DNA of 64,000 nucleotides from Octopus vulgaris (GCA_951406725.2 OX597818.1:72850001-72914000); one strand, 5' to 3'; positions 36,231 to 50,848 are shown, counted from the stretch's first letter. Notes: generated by a model from the sequence alone, not told the origin. Made by a program: numbers and translations.

Positions 36231-36655
36231 TTACATGGAAAATGATGCGTGGCGTTCGATCGTATAATAATATAAATAATATATAAATATATGCATATAT
36301 ACATACATATATGTACATACATACATATACATGTATACATACATGCATATATGGGTACAGGACATCAAAAAGACGTTGAACACAATGAGAATCGGAAACA
36401 TAAAAACAAAATGATAGAAACGAACTTTTTTTCAGACAGCGAAAAAAACAGAAAAAAACAAACAGAGGACAAACGAGACATACAACATAAAGAATATTCC
36501 CCTTCTTCAGTTGTCCCTGTTTCAACTACTCCTCGTTTCGAAGGCGAGAAGGTGAAACTCTGAGTAACAGTTTCTGTGATATTCTTGTTGCTTTTTCAAT
36601 AAAATATATTTATATGTATGTATATATATGTATGTTTGCATCTATGTAAGCGTAC

Positions 36656-36754
36656 ATGTATGTATGTATGTATGTATGTATGTATGTATGTATGTATGTA
36701 TGTATGTATGTATGTATGTATGTATGTATGCATGTATGCATGTATGTATGTATG
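36656..36754. repeat. (TATG)n microsatellite
   Basis: Directly visible. Confidence 0.95.
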
Positions 36755-39690
36755 TGTGAATAGACACAAGGAGCGAAAATGGAAATAGAGGGACCGGTTG
36801 CTTGCATATTTGATGTACAATCAAATATTTCTTGTAAAGACTAAACATAGACTCACTGCTTTTTATTATGTAACTTCTAGTTACTGAATGAACGGGAGAG
36901 AAGGATATATAACGAATATTAGGGCTGTGTTTTCCAGTCATAAGTTATATGACCGAACTTCACTTCTGTCATTCATTCGCTCTCGTTATCTGTATTTCTC
37001 AAACTGCCTCTTGTTTATATAGAGAGTTGGGATATACAAATTTCGTATTACAACCGAGTCATAGCGTCCCTTTATGATCATAAAAGGGATAAAAAAAGTA
37101 ACGATTTGCATATAGTGTACAGTAATATATGATAGAACAGTAGGCTAAAGCCAACAGAAATTAAAACTATCTGAACGAGGATAGACAACAGAACATCTGG
37201 GGTAGTTTGAATGGGTTTACTCTGCTTTCTGTATCTTATATAGAAATCCTGAACTCAATACCCAATTATCTCATCCATATTAAGACTATGAAATAGAAAG
37301 ACAATGCAGTCGGAGAAGGAAGATTCACAATCATAATTCTAAACGTTATGTGCTGAAAAAACTTGAGAGCTTCAGTAGACATTATTACTAATTCAATAGA
37401 CGTTACCACTACTTCTATGTACATGAACATTAAAAAATATTTTGCATCAGCTACAATAATTCTACCCTTGACACGAGAACAATATTTGGCGGGTGGGGGG
37501 TAATAGATCTTATCGACATCACATAATGCAGTCGATGCATTTAATACCAGGACGCAAAGAGCCATAGTTAAACGTAAGTACGATATTAGTACATCGACAC
37601 ACTGATAGAAATCTCGAACGAGAAATGCGAAGGAGATGGCGTAAATTTCAAAGAACCTGGATTTGGAAATTCAAATAAGAAAGTGTCGGATACGATTACT
37701 AATATTAAATAGAGCAATATGTATGATAAGAAATAAATATAACTAAATAAGAGCAAAATTTGATTTGCAAAATTACATAGAGTTTGAAAAATACTCTCGT
37801 CCAATGCAGCCCACATCCTCGACAGGACACTCGTAATTCAAGAGTACAGCTGAATCAGTAGTCTCTCTGTACACAACACACTAAACACAACAATCAACCA
37901 AGTTACTGAAATGCTAAAATATCATAGAAGCTTGTAACTTGACGTTCTGGAAGTAATTTCCAAACCTTTAAAGTTTTGTCTACAATCTTGAAAATGAAAT
38001 ATATATTAATATAAATCTCAGTCCCTATTACACTAAGTTTGAAACTTAGATGCAATAAATTACATTGGTCATAAGTGGAATGGAACAAGGTTGACTTGAG
38101 TCATTGCTCAATATCAGATATATCAATGCAATTGATGCTTTATAAACCTAAAACATTTTATTGCTGTATCGTTAACGATTTTTTTCCGTTTTGTAATAAA
38201 TATTTGATAAAGAATATATATATAAATTCTCAATACAATCTTACAGATTGTAGGAGGTGAAGATGCTGGTTACTGTTTTATTTCGTCAGCGAGGAAGTCT
38301 CTTCCTTTTAGACGATGTGAGTTCATAAAATTCGAGATTCATTGATGTAAGTGGATGTTGAAAAACACAGAGTTCCGACCTTATTGTGTGTCAAAGCTAC
38401 CCTCTGATCAATGAACTACCAAGTGTACTGTTCTAGTTCATAGAAATCAGCATATTATTTGCTGACGCGTGCTGATGTCTCACAAACCGATAGTAATATA
38501 TTAGACGCACTCAGACAACTCATCATCTAAAAAGAAGAGATATTTTCCGATGATGAAACGTAACAGTTAACAGATATTCACCTTCGAATTGGTTACATCG
38601 TATTGAGATTGAAAAGATACGTTATTCCTTGGATTCTCGCTGATTCGCGTGCATCTTATAAAATTTATAATGAATTTTGTTTGCTACAATAAGCAGTAAG
38701 CATTTAATATCCTTGTATCAAGTGTATCATGAAAAGTGTGCCATTAAATTATTCATGATAAACCTGAAGTTATAGCTCAAGCTTGGATCTCAAATTATTT
38801 TTCTTTATGTCTTTACATATAAATTATTTAATTTCAATTCTGCAACTGTAACTATTGTTCAATGTCTATATATTTCCCCATCAAATTATTAGTATATTAA
38901 ATATTCTATTCTTAATATTTTAAATATTCTATGAATATATTGTTTCATTATTCCTATTTTTGTGCATTAGCTTAATAATAAGTTCATTAGCGTCTAACTT
39001 AATTATTCCGAGTTTGGTGAACCATATGTCAGAGTAGTTTGTAACTTTATATTCGCTACAATTCTTTCTCTTCCAAGTTGCAAATAACTTTAACACAATT
39101 CTTGCGTTCCTTTCTAAATGGGAAATATATTATTAATGACTTTTAATTTTAGTACGTATTGTCTAGTGTAAAGCTAGATTAACACGATCAATAATCATTT
39201 CTTCAATAATTGTTTAAACACACACAAACATGTGTATTTATGTATACCTCCGAATATGTGCATCTATATGTACGTGTGCATGTATGTATGCATATGAATG
39301 TTCATAGAATAGTCCAGTATTACGAGTGATTATTCTTTCTCCTCTACTCTTTCTTCATCCTATCTCTTTCTCTCTCTTAGTCTTCTCAATTTCTCTCCTT
39401 CACTCTCTCAGTCGCTGGTACTACAGTTCATTAAACGATTGAACAATCTTTGTAGAAATCGATGTACATTCCAACACATATACTAACACACACAGACACA
39501 AGCACGCACTCATACTCACAGGCACTTATGCATGATAAAATGGAGTAGGGGCAGATTTTGTCAAACATATGCGCAGCCGTTGCTTCAGAAGCTGGTGGGA
39601 TCCAAGTTATGCCTACTATAGTGAGACATACATTTATTTACACACACACGCACACACACAAGCACACACACACACACACACACACACATC

Positions 39691-40370
39691 ACGGAACACG
39701 TCCGAGACATCCGACTCGGTAATGACACTCCGGTCTCGCGCCATTTCCGCTCTACCGGTCACTCTTTGCAACACCTGTCTGTGTTCGGATTGTCCTTGCA
39801 CAGGGGCCATTCGGACTCCAATCTGAACAGGGATTAATCTTCTCTTTTCGCTCCTTTGCGCCACATGGGCTCAACTCTTCTCCCCTCTTCATCTAACCTC
39901 CACCTCTACCTCTCTCCCTCTCACACCTACTTCCTCCCCCACCTCTCCTCTCTTGCTCCGACTCCTACTTCTTCTCTTCACTTCTACTCTCCTTCTCACT
40001 TCTCTTCACTCCTACCCACCTTCTCCTTTTCCCTCTCCCTTAATTGTCAAATCCACCCACATAAAATCCAACCCCATCTTCTTTATCCATCCCATCCCAC
40101 CCCATCCCAGTCCTTACACCCACTCACATACTCCACCTCTACCCCCACCCTCAGCCTACACATATACCCCACCTCTACCCCCACCCTTGCTTTCCCTACT
40201 CTCGCCTCCCCCACATCCCAACCACGCCACGCACCACTACACCATGCACCACCATACCGCACAACACCACATCACATCACATTATATCATACCACCACGC
40301 ACACGCTAGCGCTGACCACTTCCCAGCCCCACATTCACACACCTACACATACACACACGCACACTTACAT
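39691..40370 (+). mobile_element. 5'-truncated Penelope-like element: GIY-YIG C-terminal end plus pyrimidine-rich 3' region
   Basis: The frame starting at 39691 reads TEHVRDIRLGNDTPVSRHFRSTGHSLQHLSVFGL and later APHGLN, matching the typical PLE ending (EH..I....PV..HF...HS...P.GLN). Inserted in (CA)n. Confidence 0.7.
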
Positions 40371-40623
40371 TTTAAAGAGACGGTGTATTAAAATTTGCGG
40401 TAGGGAGAGATAAAGATAAACTCAAAGAAGAAGCAATAGGTATGGGATTAGTGAAGGCTGTTGGAGATATTCAGACCGAAGGGGGTATTATATAGGTTGT
40501 AAAGTTACCTTTGCTATTACGTTCTCTTACCATTCTCTGGGTCCTAGATTATCCACATCTGGATTGTACATTTATTCAATGTTCTTCGTACAGTTAAGAG
40601 GAAAGTTTAATGTTCGCCACCCG

Positions 40624-40674
<51 letters not shown>

Positions 40675-41669
40675 CCTTATTTATTATTCCGAGATAACTG
40701 GTCTCGTTTTTTATTTTTCAAAATTGTTTTATCACCAACTGCTTATTCTGTTCTTTGTCTTTTCAAAGAAATGCTTTCTTTGGTCGTATTGATTTTCTTC
40801 AAATTTGATTTTTTTTTTTCCCTATTAAGCCCGTTTCTTTCTGCATTTTTTCTATGTAAACAACTTTGCTTTCAATATTGTCAACTTACCATCGTGTTTT
40901 CTCCCTATTCTATTTGGTGTTCTTGACTGATGATTACTTTACATTCAATAGATCGAGCATAGTTTCCTTCAATTCGGACATAAGTACATCCACTCATTTT
41001 TTTCCAGCAACTTTCCATACTGCAATTTGTTTTTATCTGAGTGAAAACAATCACCCATAGTCACAGTAGAATTTAGTTTCAGCAAAATTTAATTTATCAA
41101 TAACTTAGCAACAAGTTTCTGCTGATTCTGGTTCACTGATTTTGTATTGACCATTTCTTATTGCTTCGGTATTTCTTTGAGAGTCTCTTCGCTGTTGAAC
41201 GAAGATTATTACGATTTTTTGTTTTATTTTTAATCTTCAGTTTGTTATTATTTGTCTATGTGACACTTATTATTTTTATATATGTTTGTTGGGGATAGTT
41301 ATTCATTGTCAGATTTCCGTTAGGATTATTTGATCTTAAGTCACGTTGCGTATATATATGTATGCCTCGCACGAAGGTATTCCGCTATCACGATACAAAC
41401 TTAGCTTATATAATTATCTGTAATATTGCTTTAATATAACACCTACCTATATATTATGTATTATTTTATCAATCATTCACAAAATATTTGACATAGTTGT
41501 AAAGACCTGTTCTGCATATATTATATAAAACGTATCTATTTTTTCCATAAATATATTCCTAGCACTTGTAATTGTTATTACAACGCATTTCCTCTCAACA
41601 CACTCAGACGCATAGCACATTTACACATACACATATGTGCATATATATATACGTATTTATATATATATA

Positions 41670-41710
<41 letters not shown>

Positions 41711-41752
41711 GCATATATAAATGTTTATGTGTGTGTATATATATATACGCAC

Positions 41753-41890
41753 ATACTTCCCAACCAAATGGTTCCGGGTTCAGTCCCATTGCGCGGCACC
41801 TTGGGCAAGGGTCTTCTACTACAGCCTCTGACCCACCAAACCCTTGCGAGTGAATTTGGTAGACAGAAACTGAAAGGATCCCCTTGTATA
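41753..41890 (+). mobile_element. SINE family A, 5' part
   Basis: ggttccgggttcagtcccattgcgcggcaccttgggcaag...ggtagacagaaactgaaag. Confidence 0.75.
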
Positions 41891-41924
41891 TATGTGTGTG
41901 TGTGTATACACCCCCCATATATAT

Positions 41925-41986
<62 letters not shown>

Positions 41987-42099
41987 TTTTGACCGACCAG
42001 TCCATCGGGCGTCCATTTGACAATGCTGGTCACAGCACACAGTCCACTTCTCTCTGGATCGCGTCTTTCTCATCCACGTTATCCCAATCGTCCTCCTGA

Positions 42100-42500
42100 A
42101 AAATATGTGCCGAGATATCGGAAAGGAAATCTCATGGAGAGTAAGGGCCGGATGGAAGGCGTTTGATGGCATAAGGGATGTGCTCAAGGGAAGGATGGAC
42201 AGGACCACCCGTGCCAACCTCATCAACAGCACAGTTCTACCTGCAATGTCATATGGTAGTGAAACATAGTCTACAACAAAGAGAGAAGAGCGCAGACTGG
42301 AACGGCTCGAAGAGCCATGGAAAGGTCAATGCTTGGAATCTCGTTGAGAGAGCACATCAGTAGCTAGGTCATCAGAGAGAAGTCTGGCGTGAGGGATGTC
42401 ATCGCAGAATATACACACAGAAAGTTTAGATGGGCTGGACACGTCGCCTGGCTCACCGATAATGTCGAGTGGTATCACTCGGAAGGCCTCCACGACGGTG
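42100..42500 (+). mobile_element. RTE-clade LINE C-terminal fragment
   Basis: EISWRVRAGWKAF...NSTVLPAMSYGSET...RAMERSMLGISLREH...KFRWAGHVA. Confidence 0.8.
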
Positions 42501-42680
42501 GAATATATATATATGTAATGGAGAAGGTGTACAAAATGTATAAATGGATGATGAGTAAAGCACCGGCACAGTTTCGATTATCTGTTGTTATCCGTAGATT
42601 TAATATAGGCACTTTGTATTGGCATTTTGGGTAACAGCCTTTATAAAATACGAGATGGAATGTTTAATAGACTTCATTGC

Positions 42681-42721
42681 GTACAATATATGTTTCGACC
42701 CGTTCTGGTCTATTCAGGTAC
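42681..42721 (-). ncRNA. Compact hammerhead with G8U change
   Basis: Minus strand: GUAC CUGAAUA GACC-AGAACG-GGUC GAAA CAUAUA UU GUAC. Confidence 0.6.
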
Positions 42722-43199
42722 ATCAATAAAATGTCTCACTAGACATTTCTCGAGTCGGCTTAAATACTGCGATATGATCATCAAATTCGAGAATGAGTAA
42801 AATAAGGCAAAATATTATTGAAACCTCCAAAATTCAAATATGAACGTCGAAAGTATACACTTTGGTATAGAGAAAATGACATAATCAGCCTTCACTGGTG
42901 TAACTGTTAAGAGAAAGAAAAGGAAGTAGAAGAAATTTAATACTTATACAAAAATTCTTTTTGTATTCGTGCTTAGACGCATATATACAGATGTACATAT
43001 ATAGATATACGCACATATACATTCGCGCTCACACACGCATATATATGGGCTTATACATATAAGATACACGCGCATACGCACATATAAGGACAAATATATA
43101 CATATATATGTATATGAACTCGTATACGTTGGTACACAGTGTATATATACATAAATATACGTATATAGCATAGATGAATATGTGCATAGATACGTATAT

Positions 43200-43408
43200 T
43201 TGTGATTGTCCCTCCTCCCGACAACCCTTGACAAAGATGTTGATATGTTTACGACCCCGTAACTTAATGGCTCAGCAACAGAAACCGATAGAATAAGTAT
43301 TAGGTTTACGAAGAAGAAGATCTGGGGTCGATTTTTTAGGCTAACGGCAGTGCCCCAGCATGTCCGCGGTCAAATGACTGAAAGAAATAAAAGAAGAAAT
43401 AAAAGAAC
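43200..43408 (+). mobile_element. SINE family A, 3' half
   Basis: ccccgtaacttaa...accgatagaataagta...ggggtcgattt...gtcaaatgactgaaa. Confidence 0.7.
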
Positions 43409-43622
43409 ATATATATATATATATATATAAACATAATGTGTCTGGGGAAAGTCATTTTCTTTTTGTGTCTTATAATTTAACACACATCTGTCCGTTAGTC
43501 ACACTGCGTTCCTTTTTGTTTGTTTCTGCGTATGAGTGTGTGTCTGCACATGCATGTGTATATATTCGCATGTGTGTATGCATGTGTGAGTACATATGCA
43601 AATATGTATGTCTGTATATTTG

Positions 43623-43660
<38 letters not shown>

Positions 43661-43665
<5 letters not shown>

Positions 43666-43823
43666 TATACACATATATATACATGCACTAGCACTATAAC
43701 CCGGCAACGACGGGTCTTTAATGCTAGTATGTATATATATATATATATATATATATAAGCATATCTATATATATATATATACATGAATATATATATACAT
43801 GTATACATACATACGTATATACA

Positions 43824-43874
<51 letters not shown>

Positions 43875-44031
43875 GCATGTATATACGTATGTATGTATAC
43901 ATGTATATATATATTCATGTATATATATATAGATATGCTTATATATATATATATATATATATATATACTAGCATTAAAGACCCGTCGTTGCCGGGTTATA
44001 GTTCTAGTGCATGTATATATGTGTATATATA
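43661..44031. repeat. ~370-bp near-perfect palindrome centred on a (TA)n tract
   Basis: cactagcactataacccggcaacgacgggtctttaatgctagta (43686-43729) mirrors tactagcattaaagacccgtcgttgccgggttatagttctagtg (43966-44009). The interrupted microsatellite pattern is mirrored too. Confidence 0.9.
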
Positions 44032-44978
44032 TGTGTACATATTACATGTACATCTATATATATACATCTACACATAAAATACAAAATACAAAGTTATATC
44101 TTGATATCGCTAGTGATAACAATACTCAAAATATATAATAGACTGGAATTGTTAGCCCGTCTCTTGTACTTTCGATCAATTGTATCTTGTCCTCCCTCTT
44201 GTATAGAAATGTGGCTACAATCCAGCCTACCTCCACTTCGGCGGGGTGGGGGCATTTAAATCTTTTTTCCGGGACGTCCTACGTCCCAGATATAAAGGTA
44301 GAAATAAAATATTTCCACTTTGCAAGTTCGAATCGAGTACTCCCTTGCACGCTCCGTTGACTCGAACCTTGCTTCTATTGTGGGGAATTTACCGCCTCTG
44401 ATTAGATACCTTTCCTCCAGGTGTTTTCCTCCATGTGTTCAAATCTTCCTTTTTCTCTACATTGTATACTTTATAGACAATAGTCTTTTCTTTAATTTAA
44501 TTTTTTTTATCCATCTGGACTATTCCATTTCTGCACGCTAATTTTATTTTTAATTTATTCCCATTCATCTGAAACCACTTATTCAAGTTCAAATCATTGA
44601 TGCAATTTTATACCAATTGCTATTTTTACTTTTGTTATGATACGATTATATTATACTTTAGTTTGATTTTAATTATTAATAACTACATATAATTCAATTA
44701 TTATTATTTTTATTGTTAAAGTGAAAATATCTGACATAAAATAAAGAAATGTTCTTGTTTCACTTTTAACACGTAATACTGAAATAAAGGAGAAGATATG
44801 ATATTGCTATGGGCTCGCTCTAGGCAAGACGTTGAACATTTTTTTTTGCCCATAAAACTACATGGACCCTAAGTAAGGCATGTGTAAAAGTTGAATGAAA
44901 TTGGTTGTGTAGTTCTCAAGTTTTAGGGAAACACACAGACAGACAGACAGACACACATTCTCAGTTTTATATATATGT

Positions 44979-44981
<3 letters not shown>
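43968..44981 (-). mobile_element. Candidate non-autonomous Helitron (composite)
   Basis: Minus 5' end a|TCtacatatatataaaactgag + (TGTC)n; 3' end is hairpin acccg-gcaacga-cgggt followed by CTAG|t. Continuity of the interior is not verified. Confidence 0.4.
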
Positions 44982-45035
<54 letters not shown>

Positions 45036-46999
45036 ATACTTCCATCTGATTTTGTGTTGTGATTTGATTTTGCATCTTGTCTCTGGTATTGATCTTTGTT
45101 TCTTTTATATTTCTTTGTATTTTCATGATTGAGACTTTCGCCTTATGTACGCGGTGTTTCAATGCGCTATATTTAATAACTTTTTTCATACTACATTCGG
45201 CAACTTTTCTTACGATAAAGTCTTTCTAGTAAGCATTATTCTCTGTTCTGGCGGAATTTATGTTGTAGCTACATACATTTGGAATACACTTGATCTCAAA
45301 ATGTGTAAATAAGTATATTATCAGATGTATGCAGTTACATATTCAACATCATATCTTATGGATTTGAGATTTATACAGTCTCTGCATATTAATTTAATCT
45401 TTATTTTTAATGTATCATAAGTTTCTCCTACGTTGCTAATATATGCCGGGATTTGGTTGTGGTTCTGTAAGTTTCAGACTAGTTCTGATAATGTAGATGT
45501 ATTTCTGTTTTGCTAATGTACACCGAGTATGGGAGGATGAGGTTGTAGCACCAGACCAGAAGTGATTCTGGAGGTTTGTCCCATGTTGTAGCAATATATA
45601 TCGGGATGTGTTTGTGTTATTAGATCAGTACTGATCATTGAGGTGTATCTTCTGTTGAGCCAATATATGTTGGGAAGTGATTAATGTTTCTGAAGCTGCA
45701 GACCGGCATCTATCATGTAGTTCTAAAGTCAAGATTGTTCTAGTCATGATACATATATTACAGCATGAACTTTCGTACTAAATAGCTTCATTAAGTTTCC
45801 ATGCAGAGCATCCGTTCTGATCTTTAAGGCATTTTAAAGATACTTTTGATTCTTGAAATACAAATGCGTAAACCAGGTGTAAACCATGCGTGTTTCCCAT
45901 TACCAGGAATGAGAAATGTTCATCGTGGCCTAGGTGAAATATTTAACAGACCTCCGAGCAAACGTCTCGAAGATCGAAGTGGTTGCTGGCACTATACTGA
46001 AAGAATACGAAATAAAAACGAGTTTCGTATGACTATGAGCACTCTGGGTACTGTTTAGATACTTACCTTGGATTATAGCCAACGTTCCATGTGTAGGACT
46101 TGGGGCTGATTTACTCAAAGGCTTACACTCCTCATCCAGAAACAGTGAAAGCGGAGATCGTCTCCATCAAAAACTTTCAACCTAAACTAAATTACTTAGC
46201 ACCAGTGAGCATCTCAACACACTCCAGCGTCTCTCTTTTTGTGGATGGAATGTTTTCCACTAAACAGGAGGTCCCTCTACTGCTAATATAATATGCGGAC
46301 ATTATTTGTAGAACATGCTTTTTTCCTTGAATTGTACCTTTGATGGGGTGCTTGTCTCGGAATATAGCCCTTACCCCTCGAGCGATTGTTCCAGCGGTAC
46401 GTCGTATTCCAAGGAAAGCAGAAGATTAATTGTGAGGAAGCGTGATAATATTCTCGGGAACACTCTAGACGTACAAAAATGTGAAAGTACTTTGGAGTTG
46501 GAGAGAGCATCTGATTTTGAGAGTATGATGGATCTTGCATTTCATCGAATACATATTTCTGAATACTCCTCTTTCTCCCCTTAATGTCTGTTTCGTGGTT
46601 ATAACCGGCTTTGAACAGACACAGCTAAACATATACTAAGGAATTTATTTATAATATGAATGTCTAAGTGAGTGAGTGTGCATGTGTTTCAGTGTATGTG
46701 TGAGTGTGCATGTGTTTCAATGTATGTGTGAGTGTGAGTGTGTGTGCATGTGTGTGTACGTGTTTGTGTGTGCACTTATCTTGTTATATAATAATTGTGA
46801 ACGACCATCGCCGTCAGGCATGTTCTTTCTCAGTCTTCTCCGAAAACATGTCCAACCTTGGGGAAGTGTTATGGTACTTTGAAACAGGCAATAGTTGGGG
46901 ATTTGAAGTGCATCTGACCATGGAAAATCTTCCTCAGCAGAATTCTTTCAGACCCATGCATTCATGGAAAAGAGGACGTTAATCGATGATAATATATAA

Positions 47000-47095
<96 letters not shown>

Positions 47096-47715
47096 GTATG
47101 TGCATAAATATGGATGCATCGGTAAGTGCACATATATGTGTGAAACAGGTGGGAGAGCAGCCATATGAGTGCTATCACCATTCTGATGAATATATTATCC
47201 ATATCAATGTAACTCCAACATTTTGTGTTCTGCGTATTGTATATATTGGAGAGAACGTTAATCCCATCCTATTATATAAAGAGCTGTTAGATATTCAATA
47301 TAACCACAGGGGCACCATAATGGTATACAGGTATTTGAAAGTATTGATTACGTTAGAACGTATGTTATGAATCACGTTGAGAGTTACAATGCAGAAGGCA
47401 AATGCAAATGCAATGATCCTTGGGACTTCTAAAGAATTTTGGTAAATGTTTATGGGAATATCGTCACATGAATATTTCTGTTTTTAAGATTTTAAGGTTC
47501 AATGGAATTTACAGATCTATAAAACTCGACAAACACTGGAGCCCTAAATGTATAACTATATAAATATATAGATATGTTTGTACGTTCGTACGTACATATT
47601 AGTGTATGTATATATGTATACTTTTTTGCGTATATACATATATAAAAACACGCATATACACACTATATATATGTATATGTATATACAAATATATGCTAAA
47701 TATACACATATACAG

Positions 47716-47764
<49 letters not shown>

Positions 47765-48292
47765 CGCGTACACATACATATGCCTGTGAATGTACTTTTG
47801 TAATTATATATGTAAATAAATACACACACACGCACAAACATGCGCACGGACACATATGCACTCATACACATTTCCACACACTCTTCTCCGTGTACTGTAG
47901 ATTGTATTTCAATGTTTCGTGCATATCTCATATTAAACTGCATTGTTAACTCATATATCATACTTAATATACATTTCAAATGATGTTCCCAGTGCAGTGG
48001 CCATGAATCGATCGTTTAAAATGCATGAGATTCAAATGTAACATATAAAGTTTTGAATTAAGCGGCAACAGACTTATAGAAATGATGCCAAAAGAGAATA
48101 TCTTGATCCTTCACAACGTTTAATATGCATGTTGTCGAATTAGAAAGAAATTTGTGGAGTTTATAGAAAATTTTCACTTTCTTACCCTTGAGCTTGCCGA
48201 CTGTGAATGTCTCGGCTCTGGAGGGAATTGTCACAAGATTCCGTTTCACTAGCAAAAATAATGAATAAATTTGCTGCGCAATAGTCAAACCA

Positions 48293-48300
48293 TGACGTCA
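48293..48300. promoter_or_regulatory. Perfect CRE palindrome TGACGTCA
   Basis: Exact motif in a repeat-poor island upstream of the receptor CDS. Function unproven. Confidence 0.3.
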
Positions 48301-48984
48301 TTATTGTGCGCCAGACAAACAGCACCGTAATATGGCAGAATTGTCCACTCCAGGACAGTTGCGAGCACAGTTCTGTTGCTTCAACCGCTTCCGAACCCGG
48401 AGTATATAATAACAATTGCTGGGCACAGAATTCTGTTAGACACACAGTTAAGAGTGTTGACGAATGGATTGCTAAGGTGATGTCACCTTCTGCGAACATA
48501 TTGTTGCAGATGTATAAATTTCTACGACCTTCGGTATATTTAACCATGACAATGTTATCCTTGACTTGCAAATATATTCCAGAACGAGTGGCGAATGTAT
48601 TTTACCTTCGTAAGAACATTGATAAATCTAAAGTTTTCACATTACCGAGCGATGTCAACTAGCGTCTAAAATATTTAGAGCCAGTTTTGATTTTGCCTTA
48701 AGTGCTTAGCTAAATGCAGTTCATAATAGAATCTGAGCCGTAGCCAAATAAAAAGGTACTTTTCGGTATACTTTCGGCCTACACAATCAGTCTATGCACG
48801 GTAACTTGTGTTCTCTCTCCTCTCTCCTCATGCTCCAGATTCTTCCTATTTCAAATTTTAAAGGATTATATTTCTTTGTTTTTCGTCCTCTTTCTTTACG
48901 ATCCTGGAATCAAATGAGCGTGATGGGTCGATCAGTAAGCCATTTTGATTTTCCTTATCTGTAATTGTTATGTCCGCTCTATGA

Positions 48985-49810
48985 CAATTATTATTATCGC
49001 TTTACTTCTCAGAATATTCAGTCTTGTTTATTCTTATAGTTTGTGTGAGAGTGGACAGCAGCCTGCTGTCAGAGGTTTCATAAGGTATATTTCTGCAAAT
49101 TATAAGCTTTGATACTTGGTTGTTAATTATCATGGGAGATACTCAACATCAAAATACCAGTCTTAAAATTCTAGCTGTACCAAACAGAGCAGATTTGGGA
49201 GCTTGCTTTGCTCTCATGTCAAATCCAATTTTTAAAAATATATTTCTTGAACTTGGTTGTTAGTGCTCCGGGTTCCCCTACAACTTCTGGAATGACAGAC
49301 ACTCTCCTCATAAGTCTACATTCTTGCAATTTTGCCTTTTAGTAGTCTGTACTTTTCAATCTTTTCTACTTCTTTGTCACTTATGCGTGCATCTCCAGGT
49401 ATTGTATATCTATGATCTTGGTTTCTTTTTGTCCCTCATGTACCACAACAATATCTGGTCTCCGAGCCTCCATTAGGGAGTCACATTGGTTTGTAAAATC
49501 CAACAGTAGCTTATGTTCCTTATTCTCCTTCTGGTTCATGTTCGTACCATTTACGTGCTCTGTTCAGGCCGTACTTTTCGCACAGCCTTCAGTGGACGAA
49601 CTTATCCACGTTCTGGTGCCTCCTTTTATAGTGTATCTTGTAGTGTATTTGAGCCAGCTTGCTATACTCACTCACAATACGTGAGATTGTTTCATTTCTG
49701 CTGCCAAACATCATACTCGTATCTATTTGAAATTAGTTCTCAGAGGTTGTTCCTGGGTGCTGCATATCAAGACATAAGTACATCCTTTTACATTACATTT
49801 CCTTAACTAT
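48985..49810 (-). mobile_element. R4/Dong-clade non-LTR retrotransposon 3' fragment (restriction-like endonuclease)
   Basis: YKRRHQNV..VH*RLCEKYGL..WYEHEP...RRPDIVV...KIIDI..PGD....KEVEKIEKY; 3' end runs into (AAT)n. Confidence 0.8.
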
Positions 49811-49892
49811 TTTCAAGTGTTGAACTTGTCTTTTCCTCCTCCTTCTCCTCCTCTACATTATTATTATTATCGCTACCATTACTATTATTATT

Positions 49893-50355
49893 TTATGTTT
49901 GACTTTTGCTTTGCAGTTATACAAGTTGGCGCCAAATCTCACCCATGTTAATGTTATGCCTCGTGTGCCATACATTCGGTTTTGCGGATAGTATTGTTCT
50001 AGGGAATGTTTAAGAAATGAAGAAAATTATGAGTTTGTTTTAAAATTTGAGATTACATAGACATTATGATACATAGGATATGGGCAGTTCCCATGAGCAT
50101 TATCTTTTGAATTTCTGCAATTTTGGGCTTTCTGGTATCTGAGCTAGTTAGCAATCAGCCCGTTTTGATATCATTCCTAGGGCACATATGACAACAGGTA
50201 TTGCTTTAGTCTTCAGGTTACACATTTTGCTAATTTCTATTTCAAGATCTTTATACTTGCTTAGTTTTTGATAGGTCTTGACAGATACATTTATATCGAT
50301 TCGGACAGTCATGTCAATGAGAAGGCATGGCTTTTGTCTGAAGTCTTTCAATGTA
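49893..50355 (-). mobile_element. Second R4/Dong-clade 3' fragment
   Basis: CLLIDMTV.IDINVSVKTYQKLSKYKDLEIEISKM...IPVVICALGMI; bounded by (TAA)n tracts. Confidence 0.8.
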
Positions 50356-50399
50356 ATGTCTAGTCATATCAATGTGGAGGCAAGATTTTTGTCTGAAAT

Positions 50400-50587
<188 letters not shown>

Positions 50588-50848
50588 ATTTGATGCGGAA
50601 CACATCGGACGTGTTTTCGAACGATCCAAATAAGTTTCAGGAAGCTATTACTGGTTTTATATGGTTATGTACTCCTCAGAGGGCGATTTTTGGCCCACGA
50701 GATAAATTCGGTGGGCGTTAAAATTTAATGGAATCAATATATTCAACAAAATGGCGGAACCAATTTGGATATAGATGAAGACCTCCCTCCCCTTCCTTCT
50801 GTCACGGAAAAATACAGGGGAAGAGGAGGAAGAGAAGAACAAGACTGA

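Noticed and set aside
36495-36548. Possible type II hammerhead on the minus strand
   Set aside because: Stem I is out of register and stem II is mostly G-U; not convincing by eye.
37100-37900. Ancient Penelope RT relic (SIDVTTTSMYMNI); similar hints at 45200-46600 and 3400-4200
   Set aside because: Only isolated weak motifs; boundaries cannot be supported.
39856-40413. Pro/His/Ser-rich 185-aa ORF
   Set aside because: Low-complexity 3' region of a Penelope fragment.
48182-48571. 129-aa minus-strand ORF as a protein-coding exon
   Set aside because: No recognisable domain; considered only as a possible non-coding exon.
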